64,000 bases of DNA from Nageia nagi (Eukaryota > Plantae > Pinophyta): NCBI GenBank assembly GCA_050084985.1, contig JBITNC010000001.1, forward strand, positions 49,910,001 to 49,974,000, written 5' to 3'. The position numbers were made by a program, and so were the translations under genes. A model generated the notes under the pieces. The model searched no databases, was not told the origin of the DNA, and worked only from the letters and a program-made list of their open reading frames with translations. The stretch's first letter is position 1. Each line of letters starts with the position of its first letter. Positions 38,059 to 50,469 of this stretch are shown here, one piece after another.

Positions 38059-41000
38059 CTTCATCTCCATTGTACTTGTTTGGAGGAGAACTCTCTTACT
38101 TTCTCTTCTTCTTCTCTCTTACTTGCTTTATCCCAATATTGCATTAAGGGGGAGTGTTGTAGTGTATAATGCATTATTGTAAAGGTTTGTATTAAATCTT
38201 CTATGTAAGTTCACTAATACTAAAGGGTATCATTTTATACCTTAATTATTTAAGTGAATATGATAATGTAACTTTTCCTATACTCCGTGTCATGAGCATG
38301 CCCCTTGGGTAAAAGGATGTGCATGCCATGCTTTTGTACATTGGATAAAAGGGTGATCCAAATAGGGATTTTGTACTATAAATAGAAGGATCCTTCTTTA
38401 TGATTACACACTAATTATGGAGTAAAGTTATGCTATAGGATAGAAGTGTAGGAGTTGAGATTAGGAGGATTGTAAGAGAGTTGTATTTGTGATTGAAGTA
38501 AAGATCTAGTTAATGGATGTAATCCTATTTGGAGGAACCACTTACATCTTGTGTTATCTTTGTGAGATTGCTTTGGGTGATAGTTAGATGTGAATTGAGA
38601 GCTTTCATGTGATTTTGGTTGATTAAGAATTATCTTGTTAGTGTTAGTTCCTTCAGGTTTCCCTATGGACAACAAGGAAAAAGTTTCATCTTCTATCTTG
38701 AAGAATTAAGGAGATGAAGCTATACTATCCATTGAGGTCAATGAAGATAATGTGAAAACATGAAAGAAATAACAACTACAAGCATAGATTTCATCTTATA
38801 TGATATTACAAATTAGGATCAAAGATGAAATTAACATAATAAAGAATTTACAAATTATAACCTTGAGAAGAAAGTTATCCTACCAAGAAAGATCACTAAT
38901 AACTTCTTCTCATTGTGGAACTTTTAATATCCCAACAGTACCAAAATGGGTTTTATAGCACTATAATTATCTCTCCTAAGCAAGATCATATATGACTTTG
39001 TCCAATTTTAAATTTGCACTTATCTCCATAAAGACATGTGAGTCTTTTGCAAGTGTTATGAGTTTCTATAACTAACTTGAAAACCTTGTATTTCCCTCCA
39101 TCAAGAAATGTGGAAGTCTTTTATGATTCCCTAAAAGAATCAAAAGGGAATCTACTAACCATCATGTAAATATACATGACCTATTATTTTGCAACACTTT
39201 ACAAGCATTAAAGGAGTTGATTGACTATCATGGGGTTACCATGACCTAATTTACTTACTCATCATCCTTGTAAGAAGGTTGTTCATGTAAAAACCTTGAG
39301 AATTTTTGCATACTTTTTGAATTTATTAGAGAGAAAGTTCTTCATAACAGAAACTTTATTGAATTGATTTAATGAGGAATCAAATATGCATTGCCTATAC
39401 TTACTTGCCTACTGTTTGGATGAGTTGATATACTAAAATTTGTTATCATTAATGATTTTGCTTATTAGGCAAAAATATGAGTGATTTTGAAGATGACATA
39501 TGTTTTTAGTGATTTATTAATAAGAACTTGCATGATGAAATATTGTTTGATTTTAACTATTTAGAATTCAAAATCTTGATATGTAAAGCTAATTTTTCAA
39601 CTACTAAAGATTAATGGAAATGAATGCACTTTAAAAAATAAAGCCATATGCAATGTTTTTAAATGACATCCCTTAATTATGATAATGATATATTAAAAAT
39701 GCCTATTATTGCTTGAGATGTCTGAAATTTAAATTTGAGATATGTATATTCTGATTGAAAGATCATTGTTAATTTTGCTCTTATGCAAAATTGTTAATAG
39801 TTTTATTTTAGTGGATTTAGGTTTTAAAATTTAAAATACGTATTTTGTTGAAAAAAATTACCTAGAGGAAGTGTATTTATTTCAAAAATATTATCATAAA
39901 AAAGTTTACCTAAATTTTGAATTTTAGTACAATAATATTAAAACAAAAGGATTAGAGTTTTGTGTGGAGTAAAAAGGGATAGGGCAAGGGTTTATTGTCA
40001 TTTCCCCCAACTTACCTAATGGTTTTCACCCATTGTTATATCTTTTCTTGTTAAGTTGGAGTGTGACTATGAAGCATGCTTGCTTGGCATTTATTATCGA
40101 TGTTGAGTTAGCAAATGCCTTTCAATTGGGTAAAAGATCACTTCCATTTCATTGCATTTACTTTCTTTTTCATTTTTTATTTAATTTAATCCACTTTATG
40201 TATATAAGTGTCTATTTAATTTTTATTAAACAAATTAATTTAATGTGTATGTGTGTGTGTGTGTGTCTTATTTGAAAGTGATCTATGAAATATAATCCTT
40301 ACAAGTTTATTGACTTGTTAGATCATTAAGATTTGATTAATAAAGAGAATAAATATGGGATATATAATATATATATATATATACAATAAGTATGTTTAAC
40401 AAAAAATAATAGGGATCTTTTATAGTAAGTGTAATCTTCAATTAAGGATCAAATATTAAATTCTTTATCTAAATAATCAATATAAAAAAACTATAAGAAA
40501 ATAAAAAGCATAAATAATATTTGACCTAGTTTATGAGGAAGAAGGAGATCTAGAAGTAAGGTAATGGATCTTCTAAAAATATTTTGATAATCTAGACAAA
40601 TATTATGACAATCTCTAGAGTTATTTTGTAGATGTTTGAACCTCATTATGAACATGTAATAAATTTATGATAATTACAAGAATGCTTCAACAAGATTTGC
40701 AAAGTTGTGAAATGATAATTATGACTTCAAAAATATATATACAGAAAGTCAAATAAATAATCTTCATAGATTAAATACATCCAAGAAATAAATTACTCTC
40801 ATGATGGAGATATTAATAGGTAAACAAGATTACCATAATACAAGGCAAATACTATACAATTATATAAATTGATGGTAATTCCTATATATGTTTTAATTTC
40901 AAATGGGATATTTTTACAATCTACTTCTATAAAATAAATTCAAATTATGAACTTTTATTTCAAGGTAGCCAACTTACTAATTAAATAAATAGAAATTTAT

Positions 41001-41624
41001 TATAGGACATAGCAATACCTACATTAAAATATTATATAATAAGATTCATTATCTAAGTTAGATAACTAAAATTAATAGACTCCATAATTGATATATCTAC
41101 ATTTTACCCTATTGAAATGTGTATAAAATCAAAGTAGACTATGTTTTCATGTTTTAAGAAAGAAGAAAAAGGATATGAATTTAAATACCTCAATGTGTAC
41201 ATTGGTGTGCTACATAGTTTGGAGTATATATTTTATGTTTTAAGAAAGAAGAAAACATATATGTTGGATTTATACACACCTCACTTCACACACATACGCA
41301 AGTTATTAGATAGACTCCACTCACATAGTTTACCCTTCATGTACAATTGAGGTATATAAAAGGATTAAATCTTGGTGTTTTTTAATCTTTGTATACCCTA
41401 GATAAACATCAATAACATATTATTATAGTAAATAATATTCCTCCAAGGAGATCATTATTGCATACACTTTTTTGGATGAATAATGTGGCTAAGGGAAAGG
41501 TCTAAGGCATCCCTATTTAGTATCCTAAAAATTGGACTAATTATTATTGTGCAATATTCAAGTGATATATTAGATACATACATTAGTATAAATACTTAGC
41601 CTAGAGTCTACCTATGTGTATCAT

Positions 41625-42505
41625 CCAAAAACTTATTGGGATTCATTGTCTAAAGAATAAGAATATACGTGGATCCTAAGAAATTCAAAGTTATAGCATA
41701 TGTGCCTTCTCCATCATATCTCAAGGAACTAAGAAGACTCCAATGGAAAATCCAAGTAATTAGAAGGTTTATATCTTAGCTAGAAAATAATTGTTCTATA
41801 TTTACTCATTTCCTAAAAAAGAATGCAAATTTTGAATGGGATGAGAGGTGTCAAAAAACTTTTAACACCATTAATGCACCAATTTTAACTCTATAAATGG
41901 ATAATCCTCTATATCTCTATGTTTCTGCAACTAACAAAGATTTAGGAGTAATGCTTGCCCAAAACGTTGAAAGTAGTAAAGAAAGATGAATTTACTACAT
42001 AAGAAAATTCTTTATAGACTATAAAATAAGATATACTCCAATATAAAAGATTTATTATGCAATAGTCTCTATCATATAAAATTTAATATTTTACATGCTT
42101 AATAATATAACATATGTCATGATATATTTCTATAAAAAACTATATCTTTTAGGAAGGATAACTAACTGGATTATGTTACTTCAAGAATATGATCTAGTTT
42201 TCATGAATTATAAATCAATAAGAGGTAAAGTCCTAATTGATTTCATTTTGGAGGCTCCTCAAAAATGACATAAATTACTTAAATGAGGAGATGCCATTAA
42301 ACTATCTATATTTTATAAATGATGAAGATAAAAAATGAAAATTTTCCTTTGATGGTTCTAAGTGCACTCATGGGGTAGGAGTAGGAACAATCCTAGTATC
42401 TCTAAAAATTGATTTATCCCTATGGTCTATAGGCTAGTCTTTAATTGTGCCATAAATATTACTAAATATGAGGTACTCATCCTAGGCCTGAAGGCAACCA
42501 TGTTA
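41625..42505 (+). mobile_element. Tat-clade gypsy pol remnant: RT end, RNase H, additional RNase H (aRH)
   Basis: LLGFIV...VDPKK...LRRLQ.KIQVIRRFI; FEWDERCQ; LYVSAT..LGVMLAQ; then FDGSKCTHGVGVG...YRLVFNC..NITKYEVLILGL. Confidence 0.8.
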
Positions 42506-43949
42506 CTAAAGTTTTATTTTTATACCCTCATGTCCAAAAATATAATTATCGTTTTCATAATTACTATAAAATTTCAAAAAATAACCCTTTGTCTTTGTAA
42601 AATAATCATAAAATTCCATTCAAATTACTCTTCACCATTTTGTAATCCATTTTAACTACTTTTTGCTTAAGGGGTGATAAGTCAAATTATCATCATTAAC
42701 CTCATTATCATTACCATAATCATAATCAAGTCATCAGTCATAATCCCTAATCATAGTAAAAAATCACAATCAATATCACTTATTTTAATAAGGTTTTTGT
42801 GTTTTTATGTTGTATTATACCTTACAACATAACATGAAAATGGGAAAACGCAAAGACTAACATCTACACCTGGCCATCATAATATCACATTATAAAAAAT
42901 TATTAATAAGACCTTAAAATAAGACAAACTAATCAAAATACTTCTAAAACCTTGAAGATCCTAAATACCTTCAAAAATCCCTAAAAAGATAAATCCCAAG
43001 TAAAATTGACACATAGAATATATCGATACCATATAATTGTATGATTAATGAAACATTATCATTTTACTAAAATAAACCTTTTAGAGAAAAACTCTAGCCA
43101 ATTTCATTTCATTCTCTTGTTGATTTTGAAATCAATTATTGCTCAAACATTCATAAAAAAACTCCTATTGTAATTAGGTTTAGTAGGATACCAAAAAGCC
43201 ATAGAACTTATTAACCTTAATTTTGATCTCTTAAATTACAAATTTAGTTTTTATATGTGTAATTATTTGCAAAGAAAACACTCCAATAATTTCTAAAATT
43301 CTAACATTTGGTAAAACACAAGTAATGCAGGGTACTTTTAATATTAAGAATTGGATCAATTTATAGCATTTATTCTCATATCAAAGGCTCATTTAAGGTA
43401 AATTCAAAGTAAAATTATTATTTATTAAATATCATTTGATCTTTTACTTCATAATTTTAGAATTTTAATATTTCCATATCTTTTATTCATATTCTTCTTA
43501 AATCAAATAATTGAAATTGAATATTGATATTAATGTTTACAGGTGACCAAAAAATGAAGGAAATTTAATTTCCTCAATTTTTAATGTTGTAATGTTTTAT
43601 TTTAAAAAAATATATATTTTACACACTATAGTAGCTAAATAATGCGATTAATGTAAATGGGGTTGATTAATGCAATATTGCTCTACTTTATAAATATTGA
43701 TGCATATATCAAAAATATGGCAATAACAGGAATGTAATAGTTTTTACTTATATTCTATATTTATTAATCATAAAATGCACAAAAGATAGAGCATACATTC
43801 ATAGACAAGTACACCACTAGCATCCTATATTTGGCACATCGTTGACGTCATAAGATAAGTGAAATCACAAGCACGAACAAGAATGTAGCGATGAGTGAAT
43901 CAGTGAATAATCAAAATATGAACATACATGCGAACTTACAGAATAATAG

Positions 43950-44977
43950 AAATTAAGTAAAAAATTTAGTATGCATACAAGATAAAAAAAAATTAAGTAA
44001 AAAATTTATACAAATTCCCCCTTTTTACTTAAAGATTTATCCCTAGAAAACTTGCATGCTAAAAAAAAATTAGTAGACAAATAAATTTTAAGTAAGAATA
44101 AAATTCCCTCTTTTTTTACTTAAAAAATGATCCTATAACATGATATAAGTAGGATCAAGTGTTTATTTTAAGCCTTAAAAAAGTGTCAATAACTAAAGGA
44201 CAAGCTTTTTTTTTTTTTAAATAACCAAGAATTAAATTTAGAGTTTACTTCAACTCTTAAAAAATTTACTTGTGTAGTTGCATGTTTACCAAAAAAATTT
44301 CTAAATAAATATTTAAAGAGGAATGATGACAAGCATTTAATTTTTGAAGATGAAGTTTACCCTAACTCAAAAAAAAAGGTACTTTTAGTCCACGCCTAAA
44401 TGATGGTAGGTTCTTGATGGCAAGATTAAATTTGGAGTACTTAGCAAGAAACTAAAAAAGTGCTTTGATACCAAATGAGAGAATTGAACTATAACAAGAA
44501 CAATCCTAAACAACTAAGATCACATGAAAGCTATCAATACATATCTAAAAAACACACAAAGCAATCTCACAAAGATAACACAAGATGTAAGTGGTTCCTC
44601 CAACTAGGAGTACATCCACTAACTAGATCTTTACTTCAGTCACAAATACAACTCTCTTACAATCCTCATAATCTTATCTCCTACACTTCTATCCTATAGC
44701 ATAACTTTACTCCACAATTGGTATGTGATCATAAAGAGGGAGCCTTGTATTTATAGGCCAAAATCCCTCTTTGGATCACCCTTTTATCCAATGTACAAAA
44801 GCATGACATGCATATCCTTTTACCCAAAGGGCATTCTCATGACATGGAGTGTAGGACAAGTAACATTATCATATTCACTTAAATACTTAAGGTATCAAAC
44901 GATACCCTTAAGTATTAGTGAACTTACATAGAAGATTTAATACAAACATTTACAATAATACATTATACATTCCAACA
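43950..44977 (-). mobile_element. Truncated element of LTR family A (5' LTR + PBS + leader)
   Basis: 44476-44977 is the reverse complement of the family-A LTR. PBS-like gctttgatacca at 44462-44473. No partner LTR seen and the left limit is uncertain. Confidence 0.88.
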
Positions 44978-45199
44978 TTTCTATCTAATGTGGGTTGCTT
45001 CTATAATATAGAGTGCAACATATTTTTGGTCTTCATAATTAATCCACAATTTCAAAGTGTGGGAATCCTTGAATAAGTAATAAAACCAACCATGCATTTT
45101 ATAGTAGATGGGAAAAATGAATATTTAATGCTCTTTGATCTAGAGTTCCATGTTACATAGTTTGTATATACATTAGTCTCTAGGGATATGGTGGTCTAT

Positions 45200-48100
45200 T
45201 TTGATATGGAACTAGTGTGAGAAAATGCTTCTTTGGACATGGGGAAAACAAAGACCATGTGATATGTGTAGCTTGATGTCATTAGGGATGATAGTAACAC
45301 CATTCTTTAGTTTTATCTAAACTTGATAATAATGCAAGAGCTTTGATGAAAGAGATTTTCTCAATTTAATTGAAGTTATCCTCAAGTAGATTTCATTATT
45401 GATCCTTTTGTTGATACCTCAATTAAAAGGATTAGAGGTCCTATTTGGGAGCTAGGAAAGAGGTATTTGCTCTATATCTAATTCTATGGATCGTAGGAGA
45501 GAGGTAGCTTCTAAATACTAATACCTGGGAATTCCTTTTCTTGCAAGTTGCATTGAGGATTTGAGTGCTAAGAGAGGGTACCTCTTTAAGTCAAGAGTTA
45601 TTAAAAACATGTAATGGATCTTATTTAGAAGCTTAATAATATGGAATATTGCAAGATCCAATAGGGGTTATGTATCAAATTCAACTAGAATGATGGAATA
45701 AAGGATAATTCTTTTGGCATGAATGGATATTGAGAGCATATTGAGCAAAATCCTTTCAATATAGGCCCAACCATATTGTCTCAAGCTAGGTCCCCCAAAC
45801 TTGACATCCATAAAGAAGGGTTGGAGAAATAAGAGCATGGAAGAGTTTAATTTTCCTCATGATATCCTAGAATTGGAGTTCAAAATAGTATCTCTCAAGT
45901 GTGATAGTTGTAGTATAGCCTTTATTTAATGTATTATGAGAGGCTAGGATTAAACTAAAAGTAGGACCTATAAAGAGCACACTGAAATAGATATAAGAGG
46001 TGATTGTATCGATAGGTTTCCCAAGTGAAAAGAAAGATGGATTTTGGAATCGTTGGCTCTTGAAATATTAAAGGATATCTCCTTTTTCTTTTTAAGATTA
46101 ACTTTGAGACCATGGGAAGCATAAAAGGTACTTCGTGCTTCAACCTAATGTTGAAACCTAGTTATTGTATGAGATAGAAAAATGACATAATCTGTAAAGA
46201 GGAGAATTGAGATAATGGATTCATGTAAAAAATAACCCACACGTATGCCTAATGTGTTCGAAATTAGTTATTCAAGTTCATCAATATAAAGATCAAATAG
46301 AGTAGGTGAGAGATGATAACCTTGTTCTACACTAATAGTGTTATAGACAATATCAGATAAGTGATAACCAATGCAAACTTAGTGAACTACTTATTCATAT
46401 AATATCATGACAAGGGATATGACATCATGAGGGATCCTAAGTTCTCAAGTCTATGGAATAGGACATGTCTAGGGACAATATCAAAGGCTTTACAAATTCA
46501 ATAAAGAAATAATAAAGCTTTCATTTGTACTTATTCAATGATGACCTATAGAGCGAGGATGTGATCAATAGTATGATAGTTTCTACGGAAGCTAGCTTGA
46601 CTAGGTGCATAAAGATTAATCGTTTTTAAAAACTATATAAGAACTCATCAAGATTTACTATATAAGAAATCATCAAGATTTATGGTAAAGACTTTTGCTA
46701 GGATGTGGTCGACTATAGTCATTTTGTAATTGCTAAGGTTGAGTGGGTCACCAAAATTATAAGTGGGTGATATTGGAGGTTTAAGAGGGGGTAACCCATG
46801 AGAAGATATGTAGTTGAACATTTTAGCAATATGGAGAATCAAAATTGCAAGAGTATGTTTGAAGAATTCACCACTTAGGTTTTCAGATTCATGAGATTTA
46901 CTAGTTTAAAGTTTACATATAGCTAACAATACCATTTGATTGTTGAAGAAATGGCAAGGATTAGACCAAGGGTTTGGAATGATGGAGGGTTGATTCGATA
47001 TGTTGTAGAGGGTAGAGGAATAAGTGGACCAAACATGAAAGTCAATGATAGTGCATAAGAGGGAGTTAGGGAGAAAGAGGTACCAAAAGATTTTAGTGTT
47101 CATCTTAAGCATATTGATGATTTTCAATCTTTTCATAACAAAATATTGTCTCTTCTTATTTTTAAGGAGCTTGAAATAAGGTTTTTAGACCTCTTTAACC
47201 CTATAGGGTTTGCATTGCATAACAAAGTGTGTATTTCATAACAAAGCATTCGAATTTATGGAGGGTCTTGCACTGATTATGAAACCATGATTTGCAAGGT
47301 CAATGATCATGGAAAGAACTAGGATGTGGGATCTTGACGGTATGAGGGAAGGATTCAAATTGGTTGACCAAAGGGATTTAAAGAAACATTTTTCTTGAAA
47401 TATGGGGTCTTGTACATTTTGGAGATTAGTGAGATAGTTTTTTAGGCTTTTTGTGTAGATGTGGTTAAGATTATGGTTGAAATGGATGTGGGGGCTAATG
47501 GGGCAAAGAGAGGGGGTGTAAGTGGAAGGGTAAGGGTGATATAAGCATAATCTTATAGAGATGGAGTATCGAAGATACTAAAATTAATGATAGAAAAGGA
47601 AAACTGGAGACTAGCTAGAGCATAGTCGAGCACACTAGTGATATCAATAAAAGGGAAGTAAGTAGACTAGTTATATTGAGGAAATTGAGTGATCCCATTT
47701 AGGATGATCATGTCCTTAGCTTCATCAAAATTGAGAATGTGTTTTCCATAAGATAAGATATTTTTCCTAACCTCATCTACTCGTCATGCTAGGTCTAAAT
47801 CATTGGGGTTTATCTCCAACAATTGAAGAGGATCTAAAGAAATATTATGTAAGGGGTATTGGGGTGTGTCTATTCATGCATTAAAGTCTCCTACTAACAT
47901 GATATTGCTTAAGAGATAAAATCTAAATATCTCACGATAAAGGTACAGGTAGGGTGAATCACCAACATCTACAATACAATGTGATAAGTAGGAGGAAAGT
48001 AACATATAGCAATGTAAAGACATCAAGATTTTGGCTTCTCATCAAGAGATATCCACATGTATTTAGCATGGAGATATGAGCATTCTAAGTGAATTCATAT

Positions 48101-48280
48101 AGTCAAGTGCTTATGATATAAGTAAGCAACACCTATAGAGCCTTTGATACCTTGGTGACTCTTCAATCTATAAGCAAAAAACTAAGAATAATTTGTATAG
48201 GATAGTAGATATTTTAGTTTTGTTTCATGTATTTTGGTGAGAAGGATGAGATCCCTATCACCAATTACATCATTCAATAA
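45200..48280 (-). mobile_element. Heavily decayed LINE ORF2 (APE endonuclease + RT)
   Basis: The minus strand gives DLILL...ETK (~48220-48255), LVGDFNA (~47880-47900), GDPLNLSNY...VDHILAK (~46700-46750), FIEFVKAFDIVPR (~46470-46505) and VEQGYHLSPTLFDLYIDELE (~46275-46330). Boundaries are approximate. Confidence 0.75.
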
Positions 48281-49507
48281 ACCTAGAGAAGAGAACAAAT
48301 AGCCACCACAATTTCATATGATAAATTTAGTATGAGATTGAATACATGATGCCTAGCGTCATGCAAATGTGGGCCAAGGTTTAGTCCATCCCAAGGGAGG
48401 ACTATTACATATCCAAACTCTATTGCTTTAGAGAACCACCCTATAGCCTTATTTTTTGGTTTTGATCATTTTGCTTTTGCTAGCTTTAAGTTCCTTAATG
48501 TGAAGGATCTTTTGCTTTTCAAATTTTGCATGTATTAGCATTTCAACTACTAATGGGATTTTATTTCATTTAACAACTTGTACCCAATACTTGACCCTTC
48601 CTTTGAGCACACACATTTAGAATCTTTAGGTAAACTTCTCAAAATTTTGTTGATTCATTTTTGTTCAAGATCTTGTAAAAATTTAAATATATATAGAAAG
48701 ATTTTGAAAAGGATCAATCCGTATTTTAAACAAAGATATATGAATTAAATATAATGCATATCTTTAAAATATTTTTAAACCCACTTCATTTCAAATGTAA
48801 ATTTAAATATTTGAATTTAATGTTACACATTCTTCTATGATTTTTCAAATCTACATGCCTAAATTAAATTTAAAAATTAAATAATCTAAATATTAAAAGC
48901 ATATATTGTTATCTCAACAACATAATTGAATAAGATCAACTTTATATACAAATCAATGAAGCATCTCTCATTTATGTGATTTAACTTATGCAACAATATA
49001 TTATTCTTGAATATCAAAGGCAAAAATGAATGCTTAATAATAACAAGATTCTTCCTCGAACTTAATTACTGTAATGATTGAATAATTTCTTTTTAAATTA
49101 ATAAAACCAGATTATGAAGATGTTGTCCAAATATCTGATATGCAATTTCCAACCTTGGAAAAAAAATCCCATTCTGAAACAAATCATTTCAAAATAGACT
49201 GGAAATGTCACTAACATAGCAGACATATAGACGGGAAATGCAACCAACACAGCAGACATACAACCCAAGCAAGTCTAAAAAGATGAAAATCGGATTAAGT
49301 GTCAACGACATTTAGATGAAAATCGGATTAAGTGTCAACGACATTGTTTGTGATTATAAACGTTGCACATGTTTGATCTCGAACTCCACTTAGTTCCTCA
49401 AACATCAATGTTGGACAGTGAACACAAACATTACTATATCAATAAAAGAACATTAGTATATTAATAAATGTTTTTCAATTAGATTTAATAGTTTGTGAAA
49501 TTTATCA

Positions 49508-49750
49508 ATATTTTTTTGTTTGATAAATCCATTGATGAGGAGGGAGTTAAGCTTTTGTCCTTTGACGAGTTAACAATTGAAAGGTATTCATGCTGTTAAA
49601 ATTCACAGGGGGCACAATCCTAACCTTATCCTACTTACCACTATTCAGTAAGCTTTTTGGATATGGCTACCTACTGAGTAGATTTGAACCTTAGTCTCTT
49701 ATAAACAAGTGGGAAATTTTAGCTACCATGTTCAATCCAACTCCTCTAGC
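49508..49750 (-). mobile_element. tRNA-derived SINE-like element
   Basis: The minus strand has A-box-like TGGATTGAACATGG, B-box GGTTCAAATC and an A-rich tail. Flanked by tttatcaatattt / tttaccaatattt (possible TSD). Confidence 0.5.
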
Positions 49751-49989
49751 TGAACTTTGATAGTTTACCAATATTTGTTAAAAGATAAATATTTGTTTAA
49801 ATAATTACTTTTAACAAAATTAAAATTTATAATAAAATTATCAAACTTATTTTGATTTAAATTGTAATTAAAAATATCATTATATATTTATCTATTTTTT
49901 TAAATGGGCAGATTGAAAAAATTCATCTTTTATTTTATGATATTTTAGATATCATCCATCTATATGTTTCAATATTATATTGGACAATT

Positions 49990-50469
49990 GATTGGTTGAA
50001 TTGGTCATGTGTTGACCTTGCTGTCCTGTGTCTCTTGTTACATACATGCTATGTAATAACCTACTACAAGTTGTCCATCCCATAGATCAGTTAATCTCCA
50101 ATGGACATTAATAATATTTACATTTACTTTTTACAAAAAAAAATATTAAATAAACCTATAATGATATTTATAATTATAATTTCATTCATAAATTCTTAAA
50201 TCAAAATAAGTAAAACAATAATAATAATTTTATAATTAATCTTAATTCTGTTAAAAATAATCATTTAAATATATAAATAATATATTTATCTTAATTCTCG
50301 GTTGTTGACTGAGTTGATCATGTGTTGATCTTGTTGCAATTTATGTTCCGTGTTCCGTTTCCCATACTAAACATACATACTATGTAATGACCTAATACAA
50401 GCTGTCAGTCCTAAAGATCAGATGATCTCCAATGAACATTAATATAATTTACTTTTTACTAAAAAAAAA
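49990..50469 (+). repeat. Two copies of a ~150-bp poly(A)-tailed retroposon 3' end
   Basis: 49990-50143 and 50300-50469 share catgtgttga.cttg...acatac..ctatgtaat...ctccaatg.acattaata...tttacttttta + A-run. A third copy lies on the minus strand at ~26965-27120. Confidence 0.65.

Larger units (their letters stand above)
27532..38655 (+). mobile_element. Ty1/copia LTR retrotransposon (element A), defective, with nested insertion
   Basis: 501-bp LTRs at 27532-28032 and 38155-38655 (TG...CA, ~38 mismatches by hand count). TSD GGTTT at 27527-27531 and 38656-38660. PBS TGGTATCAGAGC (tRNA-iMet) at 28036-28047 and PPT AAGGGGGAG at 38146-38154. Domain order gag-PR-IN-RT. Confidence 0.97.

Noticed and set aside
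38433-38675. Similar ORFs at 38433-38675 and 44475-44699
   Set aside because: The similarity is just antisense translation of the same LTR family.
38661-39450. Possible decayed coding sequence (gypsy accessory ORF?)
   Set aside because: No motif could be read with confidence.
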